From Clostridia bacterium (GTDB taxonomy: Bacteria; Bacillota; Clostridia; Oscillospirales; SIG627): a stretch of 24,000 nucleotides of DNA. The notes beneath the pieces are model-generated. The model searched no databases, had not been told where the DNA came from, and saw only the letters and a list, made by a program, of their open reading frames with translations. Positions 7,826-15,518 of the stretch are shown one piece after another. Position numbers and translations under genes: made by a program. How positions within the stretch are numbered: position 1 is the first letter of the stretch; each line of letters starts with the position of its first letter. Location: positions 7,421-31,420 of the forward strand of contig JAFYLE010000009.1 of the NCBI GenBank assembly GCA_017537265.1, given 5' to 3'.

Positions 7826-8848
7826 ATGAAAGACAGACTGATGAACTTACAGGCAGAGTGCCTGCAGAAACTCGATTCTGCAAACACTCTTGCCGCCTTG
7901 GAGGAGATCCGCGTCACCTACCTCGGCAAAAAAGGCCCGCTGACCGAGATCTTGCGCGGTATGGGCGCCCTCCCCGCAGAGGAAAGACCGATCGTGGGTG
8001 AGATTGCAAACCAAGTGCGCACCACACTTGCCGACGCCTTGGCGGCAAAGAAGGAAGCCCTCGGCGCCGCGGCAGATGCCGCTCGTCTGGAAGCGGAAAA
8101 ACTGGACGTTACCGCCCCCGCAGTGCTCAAGAACCTCGGCGGCAGACATCCGATCGCCCTCGTGCAGGAAGAGATCGAGAACATTTTTATTTCCATGGGC
8201 TTCTCCGTGGAGGACGGCCCCGAGGTGGAGACCGATTACTACAACTTCGAGGCACTTAATACCCCCGCGGATCACCCCGCGCGTGACGTGCAGGATACCT
8301 TCTACGTCACCGAGAAGGTGTTGCTTCGCACCCAGACTTCTCCCGTGCAGGCCCGCACCATGGAGAAGACGAATCCTCCCATCCGCATGATCTGCCCGGG
8401 CCGCGTGTACCGTTCCGACGCGGTGGACGCCACCCACTCTCCGATGTTCCACCAGATCGAAGGTCTCGTGGTCGATCGCGGCATTACCATGGGCGATCTT
8501 AAGGGTACGCTGGACCTGTTCGCACAGAAGATGTTCGGCGAACAGACCAAGACCCGTTTCCGCCCGCATCATTTCCCGTTCACAGAACCGTCTGCAGAGG
8601 TCGACGTCTCCTGCTTCGTCTGCGGCGGAGAAGGCTGTTCGCTGTGCAAAGGTGAGGGTTGGATCGAGATCCTCGGTGCCGGCATGGTGCACCCCAACGT
8701 TCTGCGCGCCTCCGGGATCGACCCTGAGGAGTATTCCGGCTTTGCCTTCGGCATGGGCGTGGAGCGCATCGTTATGACCCGTTACGGCATCAACGACATG
8801 CGCTATCTGTATGAAAACGACGTTCGCTTCTTGCGACAGTTCTCTTGA
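7826..8848 (+). CDS. pheS: Phenylalanine-tRNA ligase alpha subunit
   Basis: It has class II aaRS motifs ([28 protein letters not shown]). ATG 7826 is preceded by AAGGAG (7815-7820). The ORF-track TTG at 7802 is rejected. Confidence 0.95.
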   Translation: MKDRLMNLQAECLQKLDSANTLAALEEIRVTYLGKKGPLTEILRGMGALPAEERPIVGEIANQVRTTLADALAAKKEALGAAADAARLEAEKLDVTAPAVLKNLGGRHPIALVQEEIENIFISMGFSVEDGPEVETDYYNFEALNTPADHPARDVQDTFYVTEKVLLRTQTSPVQARTMEKTNPPIRMICPGRVYRSDAVDATHSPMFHQIEGLVVDRGITMGDLKGTLDLFAQKMFGEQTKTRFRPHHFPFTEPSAEVDVSCFVCGGEGCSLCKGEGWIEILGAGMVHPNVLRASGIDPEEYSGFAFGMGVERIVMTRYGINDMRYLYENDVRFLRQFS

Positions 8849-8864
8849 TGGGAGGTAAGACAGT

Positions 8865-11264
8865 ATGAAACTTGCACTCAGTTTTCTTTCCGATTATGTA
8901 AAGAGTGAGTTTTACAAAACTCCCCAAGCGTATTGCGACCGTATGACCGCCACCGGCAGTAAGGTGGAAGGGTATGAGTTCGCGGGCGCAAACGTGGACG
9001 GCGTCGTCATCGGCAAGATCGTGGAGATCTCCCGCCACCCCGATGCAGACCGTCTGCAGGTCTGCAAGGTGGACGTGGCAGGGGAGAAGCTTTTGCAGGT
9101 CGTCACCGCCGCGACCAACGTGTTCGTCGGCGCAGTTGTGCCTGTGGCACTCGACGGCGCAAGTCTTCCCGGCGACGTTAAGATCAAGACCGGTAAACTG
9201 CGCGGCGAGGTTTCCGAGGGCATGTTCTGCTCGATCGCAGAGCTGGAACTGACCACCTTCGATATGCCCGACGCCATCGAAGACGGCATTCTCATTCTGC
9301 CCGAGGACGCACCGCTCGGCACGGATATCCGTGAGTACCTTATGCTCTCCGACACGATCGTGGAGTTTGAGATCACCCCCAACCGCCCCGACTGTCTGTC
9401 CGTCATCGGTCTCGCACGCGAGACGGCGGCCTCCTTCGGCGTGGAAGCCAACATTCCCACCCCCGTCGTAAAAGGCGGCGCAGGCAAGACGGAAGAACTT
9501 GTTTCCGTCACCGTGGAAGACGCCGACCTTTGCGAGCGTTACTGTGCCCGCGCGGTCAAAAACGTTAAGATCGCACCTTCTCCGCTGTGGCTGAGAAGCC
9601 GTCTGCGTCTTATGGGCGTGCGTCCGATCAACAACATCGTGGACATCACCAACCTCGTCATGCTTGAGTACGGCCAGCCGATGCACGCCTTCGATCACCG
9701 TACCCTGACCGACGGCAAGATCATCGTTCGCCGTGCCAAGGCAGGGGAGAAGATGACTACCCTCGACGGCGTGGAACACGAGTTGACCGAACAAATGCTC
9801 ATGATCTGTGACGCGGCGCGTCCCGTCGGCGTTGCCGGCGTTATGGGCGGCGAGAACAGCGAGATCCGTGAAGACACCACCACCGTGGTCTTTGAGTCCG
9901 CCATCTTCAACGGCGCGTCCATTCGCAAGACCAGCCGTGCCCTCGGCTTGCGTACCGAGGCATCGGGCCGCTTTGAAAAGGGCCTCGATCCCGAGACTGC
10001 GCCGCTTGCCCTTGCCCGCGCTTGCGAACTTGTGGAACTGCTCGGCTGCGGTGAAGTGACCGACGACGTCATCGACGTGTATCCCACGCCCCGCACGCAG
10101 ACTCTGCTTCCCGTGGAAGTGGAACGCACCTGCGAGTTCTTGGGCATTTCCATCACCCGCGAGCGGTATGAAGAGATCCTGAAGTCCCTCGATTTTGTCA
10201 TCGAGGACGATTACATTACCGTGCCCTTCTACCGTCAGGACGTGGTCGACTTTGCCGACATCGCAGAGGAGATCGCCCGCATCTACGGTTACGATAAGAT
10301 TCAGGCAAGCGCCTTCAAGACGCCCGCCACCGTCGGCGGCCGCGGGGAGTTCGGCGAATTCGTCCGTTCTCTCGCCTCCATCTGCACCTCCCTCGGCGCG
10401 TATGAGATCCAGACCTATTCGTTCATCGGTGAGAAGTATTACGACGCCATCGGCTACGCCGCCGACGACGTGAGAAGAAAGAGCGTCGTTATCACCAATC
10501 CGCTCGGTGAGGATACCTCGCTCATGCGTACCACCTCCGTGCCCAGCATGCTTGACGTGCTCGGTCACAACTTCAATTATCAGAATCCCTGCGTGCGCCT
10601 CTTTGAATTGGCACGTCTCTACCGTCCCGTTGCGGGCGAAGAACTGCCGGAGGAGACCCGCGCTCTCACGCTCGGTGCCTACGGCGACGTGGATTTCTAC
10701 GCTTTCAAGGGCATGGTGGAGACCGTCTTGACCAAGGTGCTCGGCGAAGGGAATTTGCGTAATCGCACTTACGAGATCTTGCCCGCCACCGAGTGCTTCC
10801 TGCACCCCGGCCGCGCGGCAAAAGTCGTTTGTGACGGGGAAGAGATCGGCGTCTTCGGCGAGGTCGCTCCCAAGATCGCACAGAACTTCGGCCTGTCCAC
10901 TCGCACCTACGTGGCAAGTCTTTGCGTGGAAAAACTCTTCGTCAGAAGAATCGGCGTGCGCAAGTTTTCTGCCCTTCCCAAGTTCCCGGCCATGACCCGC
11001 GATCTTTCTTTGGTCTGCGACAAGGCACTCACCGTCGGCGAGATCGAGAAGATCATCATTCAGGCAGGCGGCAAGAAGCTGGAGAACGTACGTCTCTTCG
11101 ATACCTACGAGGGCGAGCAGGTCCCCGCGGGCAAGAAGAGCCTCTCGTTTGCGCTGACTCTGCGCGGCGCGGAAAAGACCATGACGGATGAAGAGGCGGA
11201 CAAGATCGTCAAGAAGACTTTGTCCAACCTCGAGTTCCACCTCGGCATCACCCTGCGCGCATAA
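8865..11264 (+). CDS. pheT: Phenylalanine-tRNA ligase beta subunit
   Basis: The 799-aa protein has an N-terminal tRNA-binding OB domain (VVIGKIVEISRHPDADRLQVCKVDVG), B3/4 and B5 regions, and a C-terminal FDX-ACB-like domain. GGGAGG lies upstream, and the gene is adjacent to pheS. Confidence 0.95.
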   Translation: MKLALSFLSDYVKSEFYKTPQAYCDRMTATGSKVEGYEFAGANVDGVVIGKIVEISRHPDADRLQVCKVDVAGEKLLQVVTAATNVFVGAVVPVALDGASLPGDVKIKTGKLRGEVSEGMFCSIAELELTTFDMPDAIEDGILILPEDAPLGTDIREYLMLSDTIVEFEITPNRPDCLSVIGLARETAASFGVEANIPTPVVKGGAGKTEELVSVTVEDADLCERYCARAVKNVKIAPSPLWLRSRLRLMGVRPINNIVDITNLVMLEYGQPMHAFDHRTLTDGKIIVRRAKAGEKMTTLDGVEHELTEQMLMICDAARPVGVAGVMGGENSEIREDTTTVVFESAIFNGASIRKTSRALGLRTEASGRFEKGLDPETAPLALARACELVELLGCGEVTDDVIDVYPTPRTQTLLPVEVERTCEFLGISITRERYEEILKSLDFVIEDDYITVPFYRQDVVDFADIAEEIARIYGYDKIQASAFKTPATVGGRGEFGEFVRSLASICTSLGAYEIQTYSFIGEKYYDAIGYAADDVRRKSVVITNPLGEDTSLMRTTSVPSMLDVLGHNFNYQNPCVRLFELARLYRPVAGEELPEETRALTLGAYGDVDFYAFKGMVETVLTKVLGEGNLRNRTYEILPATECFLHPGRAAKVVCDGEEIGVFGEVAPKIAQNFGLSTRTYVASLCVEKLFVRRIGVRKFSALPKFPAMTRDLSLVCDKALTVGEIEKIIIQAGGKKLENVRLFDTYEGEQVPAGKKSLSFALTLRGAEKTMTDEEADKIVKKTLSNLEFHLGITLRA

Positions 11265-11274
11265 TACGAAAAAA

Positions 11275-11316
11275 GTCAAGGCGGCAAAGAATACTTTGCC
11301 GCCTTGACTTTTTTTC
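11275..11316 (+). terminator. Rho-independent terminator after pheT
   Basis: A 15-bp perfect stem, GTCAAGGCGGCAAAG (11275-11289) with CTTTGCCGCCTTGAC (11294-11308), closes an AATA loop and is followed by a T7 run. An A-run upstream makes it potentially bidirectional. Confidence 0.9.
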
Positions 11317-11332
11317 ATCTTGTCGTTATAAT
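11304..11332 (+). promoter_or_regulatory. Sigma-A type promoter for the nusB operon
   Basis: TTGACT (11304-11309, inside the 3' arm of the terminator), a 17-nt spacer, then TATAAT (11327-11332). It sits 36 nt upstream of the nusB ATG. Confidence 0.7.
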
Positions 11333-11367
11333 ATTTCCGTAGAAAAATCATCGTTTGAGAGGAATTT

Positions 11368-11793
11368 ATGGCAGAGAGTAGAGTCAGAGAAAGAGAGACT
11401 GCATTTCAGCTTCTCTTTTCCGCCGAGTTTCAGAAGGACACCCCCGCAGAAGAGGTTTTGGCGGACTATTTGGAAGCAGAAGAATTGGACGTAGTTTCCG
11501 AGTACGTAAAGTCCACCTTCCTCGGCGCCCGCGCCTACCGTGAGGAGGCACTCGCACTTGCCCTGTCCGCGTCTCGCGGCTGGTCGTTGGAGCGTATGTC
11601 GCCCGCCATGCGTGCACTTTTGACACTCTCTCTTTATGAGATCTTAAAGACCGATATCCCCACCGGCATTGCCGCAAACGAGGCGGTGGAACTCGCCAAA
11701 CGTTATGAGGACGAGAAAGGCGCCAAGTTCTTAAACGGCATCCTCGGCACCATCTCCCGCGCCCACGCGGCGGAAAAGGAACAGACGAATTAA
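11368..11793 (+). CDS. nusB: Transcription antitermination factor NusB
   Basis: The 141-aa protein has a NusB-like N-terminus (RERETAFQLLFSAEF) and core (LLTLSLYEIL..., INEAVELAKRY-type pattern, FLNGILG). GAGAGGAA lies upstream. Confidence 0.9.
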   Translation: MAESRVRERETAFQLLFSAEFQKDTPAEEVLADYLEAEELDVVSEYVKSTFLGARAYREEALALALSASRGWSLERMSPAMRALLTLSLYEILKTDIPTGIAANEAVELAKRYEDEKGAKFLNGILGTISRAHAAEKEQTN

Positions 11794-11794
11794 C

Positions 11795-12724
11795 ATGGAG
11801 TTTTGCCTCGGAATCGATACCAGCAATTACACGACCTCTCTTGCCGCGGTATCCCTTTGCGGCGGTGAGGTGCTTTCAGTGCGCAGGCTTTTGGAGACAC
11901 CCGCGGGACACGTTGGGCTTCGCCAGAGCGATGCGCATTTTTTGCATACAAAAAATCTGCCCGACCTCTTTGACGAACTCTCTTCGCGCCTACCTGCAGG
12001 CGCGAAATTCGTGCGTGTCGGCGTTTCCACACGCCCGCGCGGCGTCGAGGGTTCGTATATGCCTTGTTTTCTTGCGGGCGTGGCAAGTGCGAAGGCCGCG
12101 GCAACTGCCGCGGGAGCAAGCCTTTTTGAGACGAGTCATCAGGAAGGGCACGTTGCCGCGGCGCTTTATGGTTGCCCCGATTTTCCGACGGTAAGCGAAT
12201 TTTATTCCATGCATCTCTCCGGCGGCACCATGGAACTTTTGAAGGTCACTGACAGCGAGCGCGGCTACGAGACAAAACTTGTCGCCGCCACGCTTGACGT
12301 CACCGCGGGCCAACTCATTGACCGCGTCGGCGTGCACATGGGCCTCGCTTTTCCCTGTGGAAAAGAGCTGAGCCGCCTTGCCCTTTGCGCAACGAAGAAG
12401 TTTGACCGTGTCAAGCTTTCCGTCAAATCCGACGGCATCAACCTATCCGGCTTGGAGAACCGTGCAAAAATGCTTTTCGACAAAGGGGAGAAGCGTGAGG
12501 ACGTGGCCGCGTTTCTGCTGCGTGAGATCGCGCGCGCCATCGTCGCTTTGTACGAGTTCGGGGATACGTCACTGCCGCTTCTGCTTTGCGGCGGTGTGAG
12601 CGCAAGTGCGTATCTCAGGGAGAAGATCACACATCAGAACGTCTACTTTACCGACCCTGCACTTTGCACGGATAACGCCGTCGGCGTCGCCCTGCTTGCG
12701 CGGGAGAAAGGGGGAGAGAAGTGA
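11795..12724 (+). CDS. TsaD/Kae1/TsaB-family (peptidase M22, ASKHA fold) paralog of unknown function
   Basis: It has an N-terminal ASKHA phosphate-1-like GIDTSNYTTSLA, an SHQEGH motif that aligns with the HxxxH metal site of TsaD, and a C-terminal CGGVSAS. It starts 1 nt after the nusB stop, and its stop overlaps the xseA start. Confidence 0.65.
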   Translation: MEFCLGIDTSNYTTSLAAVSLCGGEVLSVRRLLETPAGHVGLRQSDAHFLHTKNLPDLFDELSSRLPAGAKFVRVGVSTRPRGVEGSYMPCFLAGVASAKAAATAAGASLFETSHQEGHVAAALYGCPDFPTVSEFYSMHLSGGTMELLKVTDSERGYETKLVAATLDVTAGQLIDRVGVHMGLAFPCGKELSRLALCATKKFDRVKLSVKSDGINLSGLENRAKMLFDKGEKREDVAAFLLREIARAIVALYEFGDTSLPLLLCGGVSASAYLREKITHQNVYFTDPALCTDNAVGVALLAREKGGEK

Positions 12725-13935
12725 GAGAGCCCATCACCGTCACCGCCGTCAACGAGTACATCAAGACGCGCCTGGATCAGGACGTGCATCTGCAGAACGT
12801 TGCCGTGCGCGGAGAGATCTCCAATTTTACCAATCATTATAAGAGCGGTCACTTCTATTTCACCTTGAAGGATGAGGGCGGCGTGCTGCGCGCCGTCATG
12901 TTTAAGTACAGCGCACAGAAGATCGCCTTCACCCCGGAAAACGGCATGAAGGTCGTTGCCACGGGGCGCATCTCATCATTCGTGCGCGACGGTCAGTATC
13001 AACTTTACTGCGAGAGCATGGAGCCGGACGGCATCGGCGCCTTGTACCTTGCATTTGAACAACTCAAAGCGCGCCTTGCCGCAGAAGGTCTCTTTGACGA
13101 AAGCTTGAAGAAGCCTCTACCCAAGTGTCCCTTGAAGGTGGGTGTCATCACCTCACCCACGGGCGCGGCGGTGCGCGACATCATTCACGTGGCAGGCCGC
13201 CGTTTTCCGCTTGCCAAACTCGTGTTGAATCCCGTTTTGGTGCAGGGAGAGGGCGCCGCACCGCAGCTTGTCGCAGCCGTGCGCTACTTCAACGAGGTGT
13301 ACCCCGTCGACGTCATTCTCATCGGCCGCGGCGGCGGTTCTCTGGAGGAACTTTGGGCATTTAACGATGAGGCGCTTGCCCGCGAGATTTCAAGGAGCCG
13401 CATTCCCGTTGTCAGCGCCGTCGGACACGAGACGGACTTTACCATTTGCGACTTTGTCTCCGACTTGCGCGCGCCGACGCCTTCCGCGGCGGCGGAAGTG
13501 GCGCTTCCCGACAAGGACGACATGCGCCGCAAGTTTTCAAACGTGCAGGACGTGCTCTCGCGCATTCTGCTCTCGCGCATCGAGCGTGAGCGTGCACGCG
13601 TGAATGTTTATGCACAAAAAGCGGTACTTTCCTCGCCCATCGGCTTTTTGTCCGAACGCAGAATTCCCGTGGATCGCGCACAGGATGCACTGTGCCGCGC
13701 CATGGATCAGAAGGTCGAGCGCGCCGGGAGCGCCGTGTCCACCCTCGCCGCAAAACTGGATGCCTTGAGCCCGCTTGCCGCATTCTCGCGCGGCTACGGC
13801 GCGGTTCTGACCCCCTCGGGACGCGCCGTCACCCATATTGAAGACGTGCAAATCGGGGATGAGATCACTTTGCGTACCTGTGGCGGAAGAGCCACTGCAA
13901 CCGTTGACCGTATTGAAAAGGAGAGCGTGAAATGA
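12721..13935 (+). CDS. xseA: Exodeoxyribonuclease VII large subunit
   Basis: A GTG start sits in a GTGA overlap. It has an N-terminal OB fold (VAVRGEISNFTNHYKSGHFYFTLKD) and the catalytic-core pattern GRGGGSLEELWAFNDE, SAVGHETD. Confidence 0.95.
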   Translation: MREPITVTAVNEYIKTRLDQDVHLQNVAVRGEISNFTNHYKSGHFYFTLKDEGGVLRAVMFKYSAQKIAFTPENGMKVVATGRISSFVRDGQYQLYCESMEPDGIGALYLAFEQLKARLAAEGLFDESLKKPLPKCPLKVGVITSPTGAAVRDIIHVAGRRFPLAKLVLNPVLVQGEGAAPQLVAAVRYFNEVYPVDVILIGRGGGSLEELWAFNDEALAREISRSRIPVVSAVGHETDFTICDFVSDLRAPTPSAAAEVALPDKDDMRRKFSNVQDVLSRILLSRIERERARVNVYAQKAVLSSPIGFLSERRIPVDRAQDALCRAMDQKVERAGSAVSTLAAKLDALSPLAAFSRGYGAVLTPSGRAVTHIEDVQIGDEITLRTCGGRATATVDRIEKESVK

Positions 13936-14165
13936 ACGAAAATAAGTTGAATTTCGAAGAAAGCTTGAAGCGGCTGGAGGCTATCACCCGTGCTTTGGAG
14001 GCGAGCGAAACGCCGCTTGAAGAGGCGCTGAAACTTTTTGAAGAGGGCACCGCTCTCGTGCGCGCACTCACCGGTGCGCTCGACGAGGCTACCCAGCGCG
14101 TCACCATGCTGCAAAACCCGGCGGCAGGTTCTGTCGAGGAAGCGGATTTTACCCCCGCACAGTGA
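13932..14165 (+). CDS. xseB: Exodeoxyribonuclease VII small subunit
   Basis: An ATGA overlap joins it to xseA. The 77-aa helical protein has the typical FEESLKRLEAI...LEEALKLFEEG pattern. Confidence 0.9.
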   Translation: MNENKLNFEESLKRLEAITRALEASETPLEEALKLFEEGTALVRALTGALDEATQRVTMLQNPAAGSVEEADFTPAQ

Positions 14166-14178
14166 AAGAGAGTCCCTC

Positions 14179-14207
14179 TTGCAAAAAATTAATAATTATG
14201 CTATAAT
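14179..14207 (+). promoter_or_regulatory. Near-consensus sigma-A promoter with extended -10, driving the large ncRNA
   Basis: TTGCAA (14179-14184), a 17-nt spacer, then TGcTATAAT (14199-14207). It begins 14 nt after the xseB stop. Confidence 0.8.
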
Positions 14208-14213
14208 CCACTT

Positions 14214-14852
14214 TGATGGTGCAGTATCCTAGTAAGGACAGTCCTTTTTGAAAACGGGCCTAAAAATCCGTCAAAGGGCACATCGATGAAGCATTTTGTG
14301 CCTGCTTCGTACGCCCAGTATGGGGTGGGTGCTGAATGAGTGGACTTGTGGGCAATCGCAATGGCATGCGGCAACTGTCCCACTCGTTCTTGGAGGCCTT
14401 ATGCCGTGGGGGCTCTTTTGTTCCTACGGGTAAGGGGTAAACCTGTCACGCGGTACGATTTTGATGCTGTGGGCAGTGTAGCCTGCCTTGAGTGGGTGTG
14501 GCGAATCACGGAACACACCGGGGCTTCCGGCCGGAAGACCCTTAGGTGATTGCCGGGTGAAACCATGGCTGCAAAAGAGGCTGAGAAAGGCTCTGTTCTT
14601 TGGAGGAAATCTCCTAGGCTGTTTTGTTTACAAAGGCATAAAAGGGATTGCAGTGCGACCTCATCGGCAATCGAGTCCCGATACACGGCGACGGTATCGG
14701 CTTCGCTTTAAAGGGGAACCGCTTTTTCGGCAACGGGAAGTAGCGAATGGGGAAACGCCAACTCGACCTTAAGCCGCAACATTTACTTTTTATGCTGCCA
14801 TCAACCAAGTCATCAATATGCCTTTTCGTGTCGTTGCGGGAAGGCATATATT
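14214..14852 (+). ncRNA. ole: Large structured non-coding RNA, OLE-class (ornate, large, extremophilic RNA); ends approximate
   Basis: The interval has no RBS-supported ORF, has its own promoter, and contains many local helices (for example 14277-14302, 14404-14429, 14495-14519, 14521-14541, 14678-14700, 14816-14849). Its length of ~640 nt and the synteny xseA-xseB-[RNA]-small membrane protein-dxs-tlyA-nadK-argR-recN match published OLE loci. I did not verify conserved OLE nucleotides. Confidence 0.75.
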
Positions 14853-14879
14853 ATACAAACGGACTTTTTCGGAGGAATT

Positions 14880-15503
14880 TTGGACACATCTCCCATCCCC
14901 CCCGCGCGACGTGAGCGCGAGGAAAAAAACAAAAAGAATAAGCGCCGCCGCAGCCACGTCAACTGGAAGTGGGTCTTCACCGTCTTTGGGCTGAGTCTTC
15001 TCATTTCCATGGTGCTCGCCGTGCTCTCCAGCACGCTGGAGACGATGAATATCTTCGTCGGTTTCATCGTTTTGCTTCTGGTCATCGCCCTCGGTGTTGT
15101 GTTTGACTACATCGGTCTTGCGGTGGCAAGTGCAGACGCGGGCAATTTCCATTCCATGGCCGCCCACGGCAGTCCTTACGGCGCCAAAGGCGTGTGGCTC
15201 ATCAATAACGCGGAGAAGGTCTCCTCGTTTTGCAACGACGTCATCGGCGACATTTCCGGTATTCTTTCGGGTGCCATCGGCGCCACACTTTCCATTTCGC
15301 TCTTTGCGGCGGATACTCCGTGGGGCTTTTGGGGCGATCTGCTTCTCTCCGGCGCCATTTCCGCCATTACCGTCGGCGGCAAGGCCATTTTCAAGGGACT
15401 TGCACTTGCCAACAGTCAGAAGGTCGTGTATTTCCTCTGTGGCGTCCTCTGTCTGTTCTCCCGCAAGAAACAGCCGCAAAAAGCCAAGAAAAAACAAAAA
15501 TAA
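14880..15503 (+). CDS. oapA: OLE-associated membrane protein A-like (4-5 hydrophobic segments, basic termini)
   Basis: A TTG start follows GGAGG (14871-14875). The 207-aa protein has an N-terminal ARREREEKNKKNKRRRSH and a C-terminal SRKKQPQKAKKKQK. Hydrophobic segments lie at about aa 30-50, 57-82, 121-142, 148-168 and 181-193, and there is an NDVIGD acidic pair. It sits immediately 3' of the large RNA and 5' of dxs, as reported for oapA. Confidence 0.7.
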   Translation: MDTSPIPPARREREEKNKKNKRRRSHVNWKWVFTVFGLSLLISMVLAVLSSTLETMNIFVGFIVLLLVIALGVVFDYIGLAVASADAGNFHSMAAHGSPYGAKGVWLINNAEKVSSFCNDVIGDISGILSGAIGATLSISLFAADTPWGFWGDLLLSGAISAITVGGKAIFKGLALANSQKVVYFLCGVLCLFSRKKQPQKAKKKQK

Positions 15504-15518
15504 AGGCATTTTGTCAGC

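Noticed and set aside
8790-11351. An 853-codon ORF on the minus strand, fully antisense to pheT.
   Set aside because: It has no recognisable domains and a low-complexity, Gly/Ala/Asp/His-rich composition. The + strand ORF is an unambiguous PheT with an RBS. Stop-free antisense frames are expected in GC-rich coding DNA.
14166-14180. The short hairpin AAGAG/CTCTT right after xseB, considered as a terminator.
   Set aside because: The stem is only 5 bp and has no U-tract, and it overlaps the -35 region of the downstream promoter.
14340-14847. Four small ORFs inside the large non-coding interval (14340-14549 +, 14488-14772 +, 14399-14686 -, 14614-14847 -).
   Set aside because: They overlap each other in different frames and strands, have no Shine-Dalgarno sequences, and are rich in Arg, Cys and Trp. 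They coincide with strong RNA helices, which is more consistent with a structured RNA.
14214-14852. Alternative identities for the large RNA: RNase P RNA, tmRNA, a group II intron, a riboswitch or leader for oapA/dxs, or other giant ncRNA classes (GOLLD, ROOL, HEARO).
   Set aside because: I see no RNase P hallmarks (GAGGAAAGTCC-type), no tmRNA tRNA-like ends or tag ORF, no group II domain V/IEP, and it is far longer than known riboswitches. The xseB/dxs synteny is specific to OLE rather than to the phage- or tRNA-associated giant RNAs. These alternatives are still formally open until a covariance search is run.
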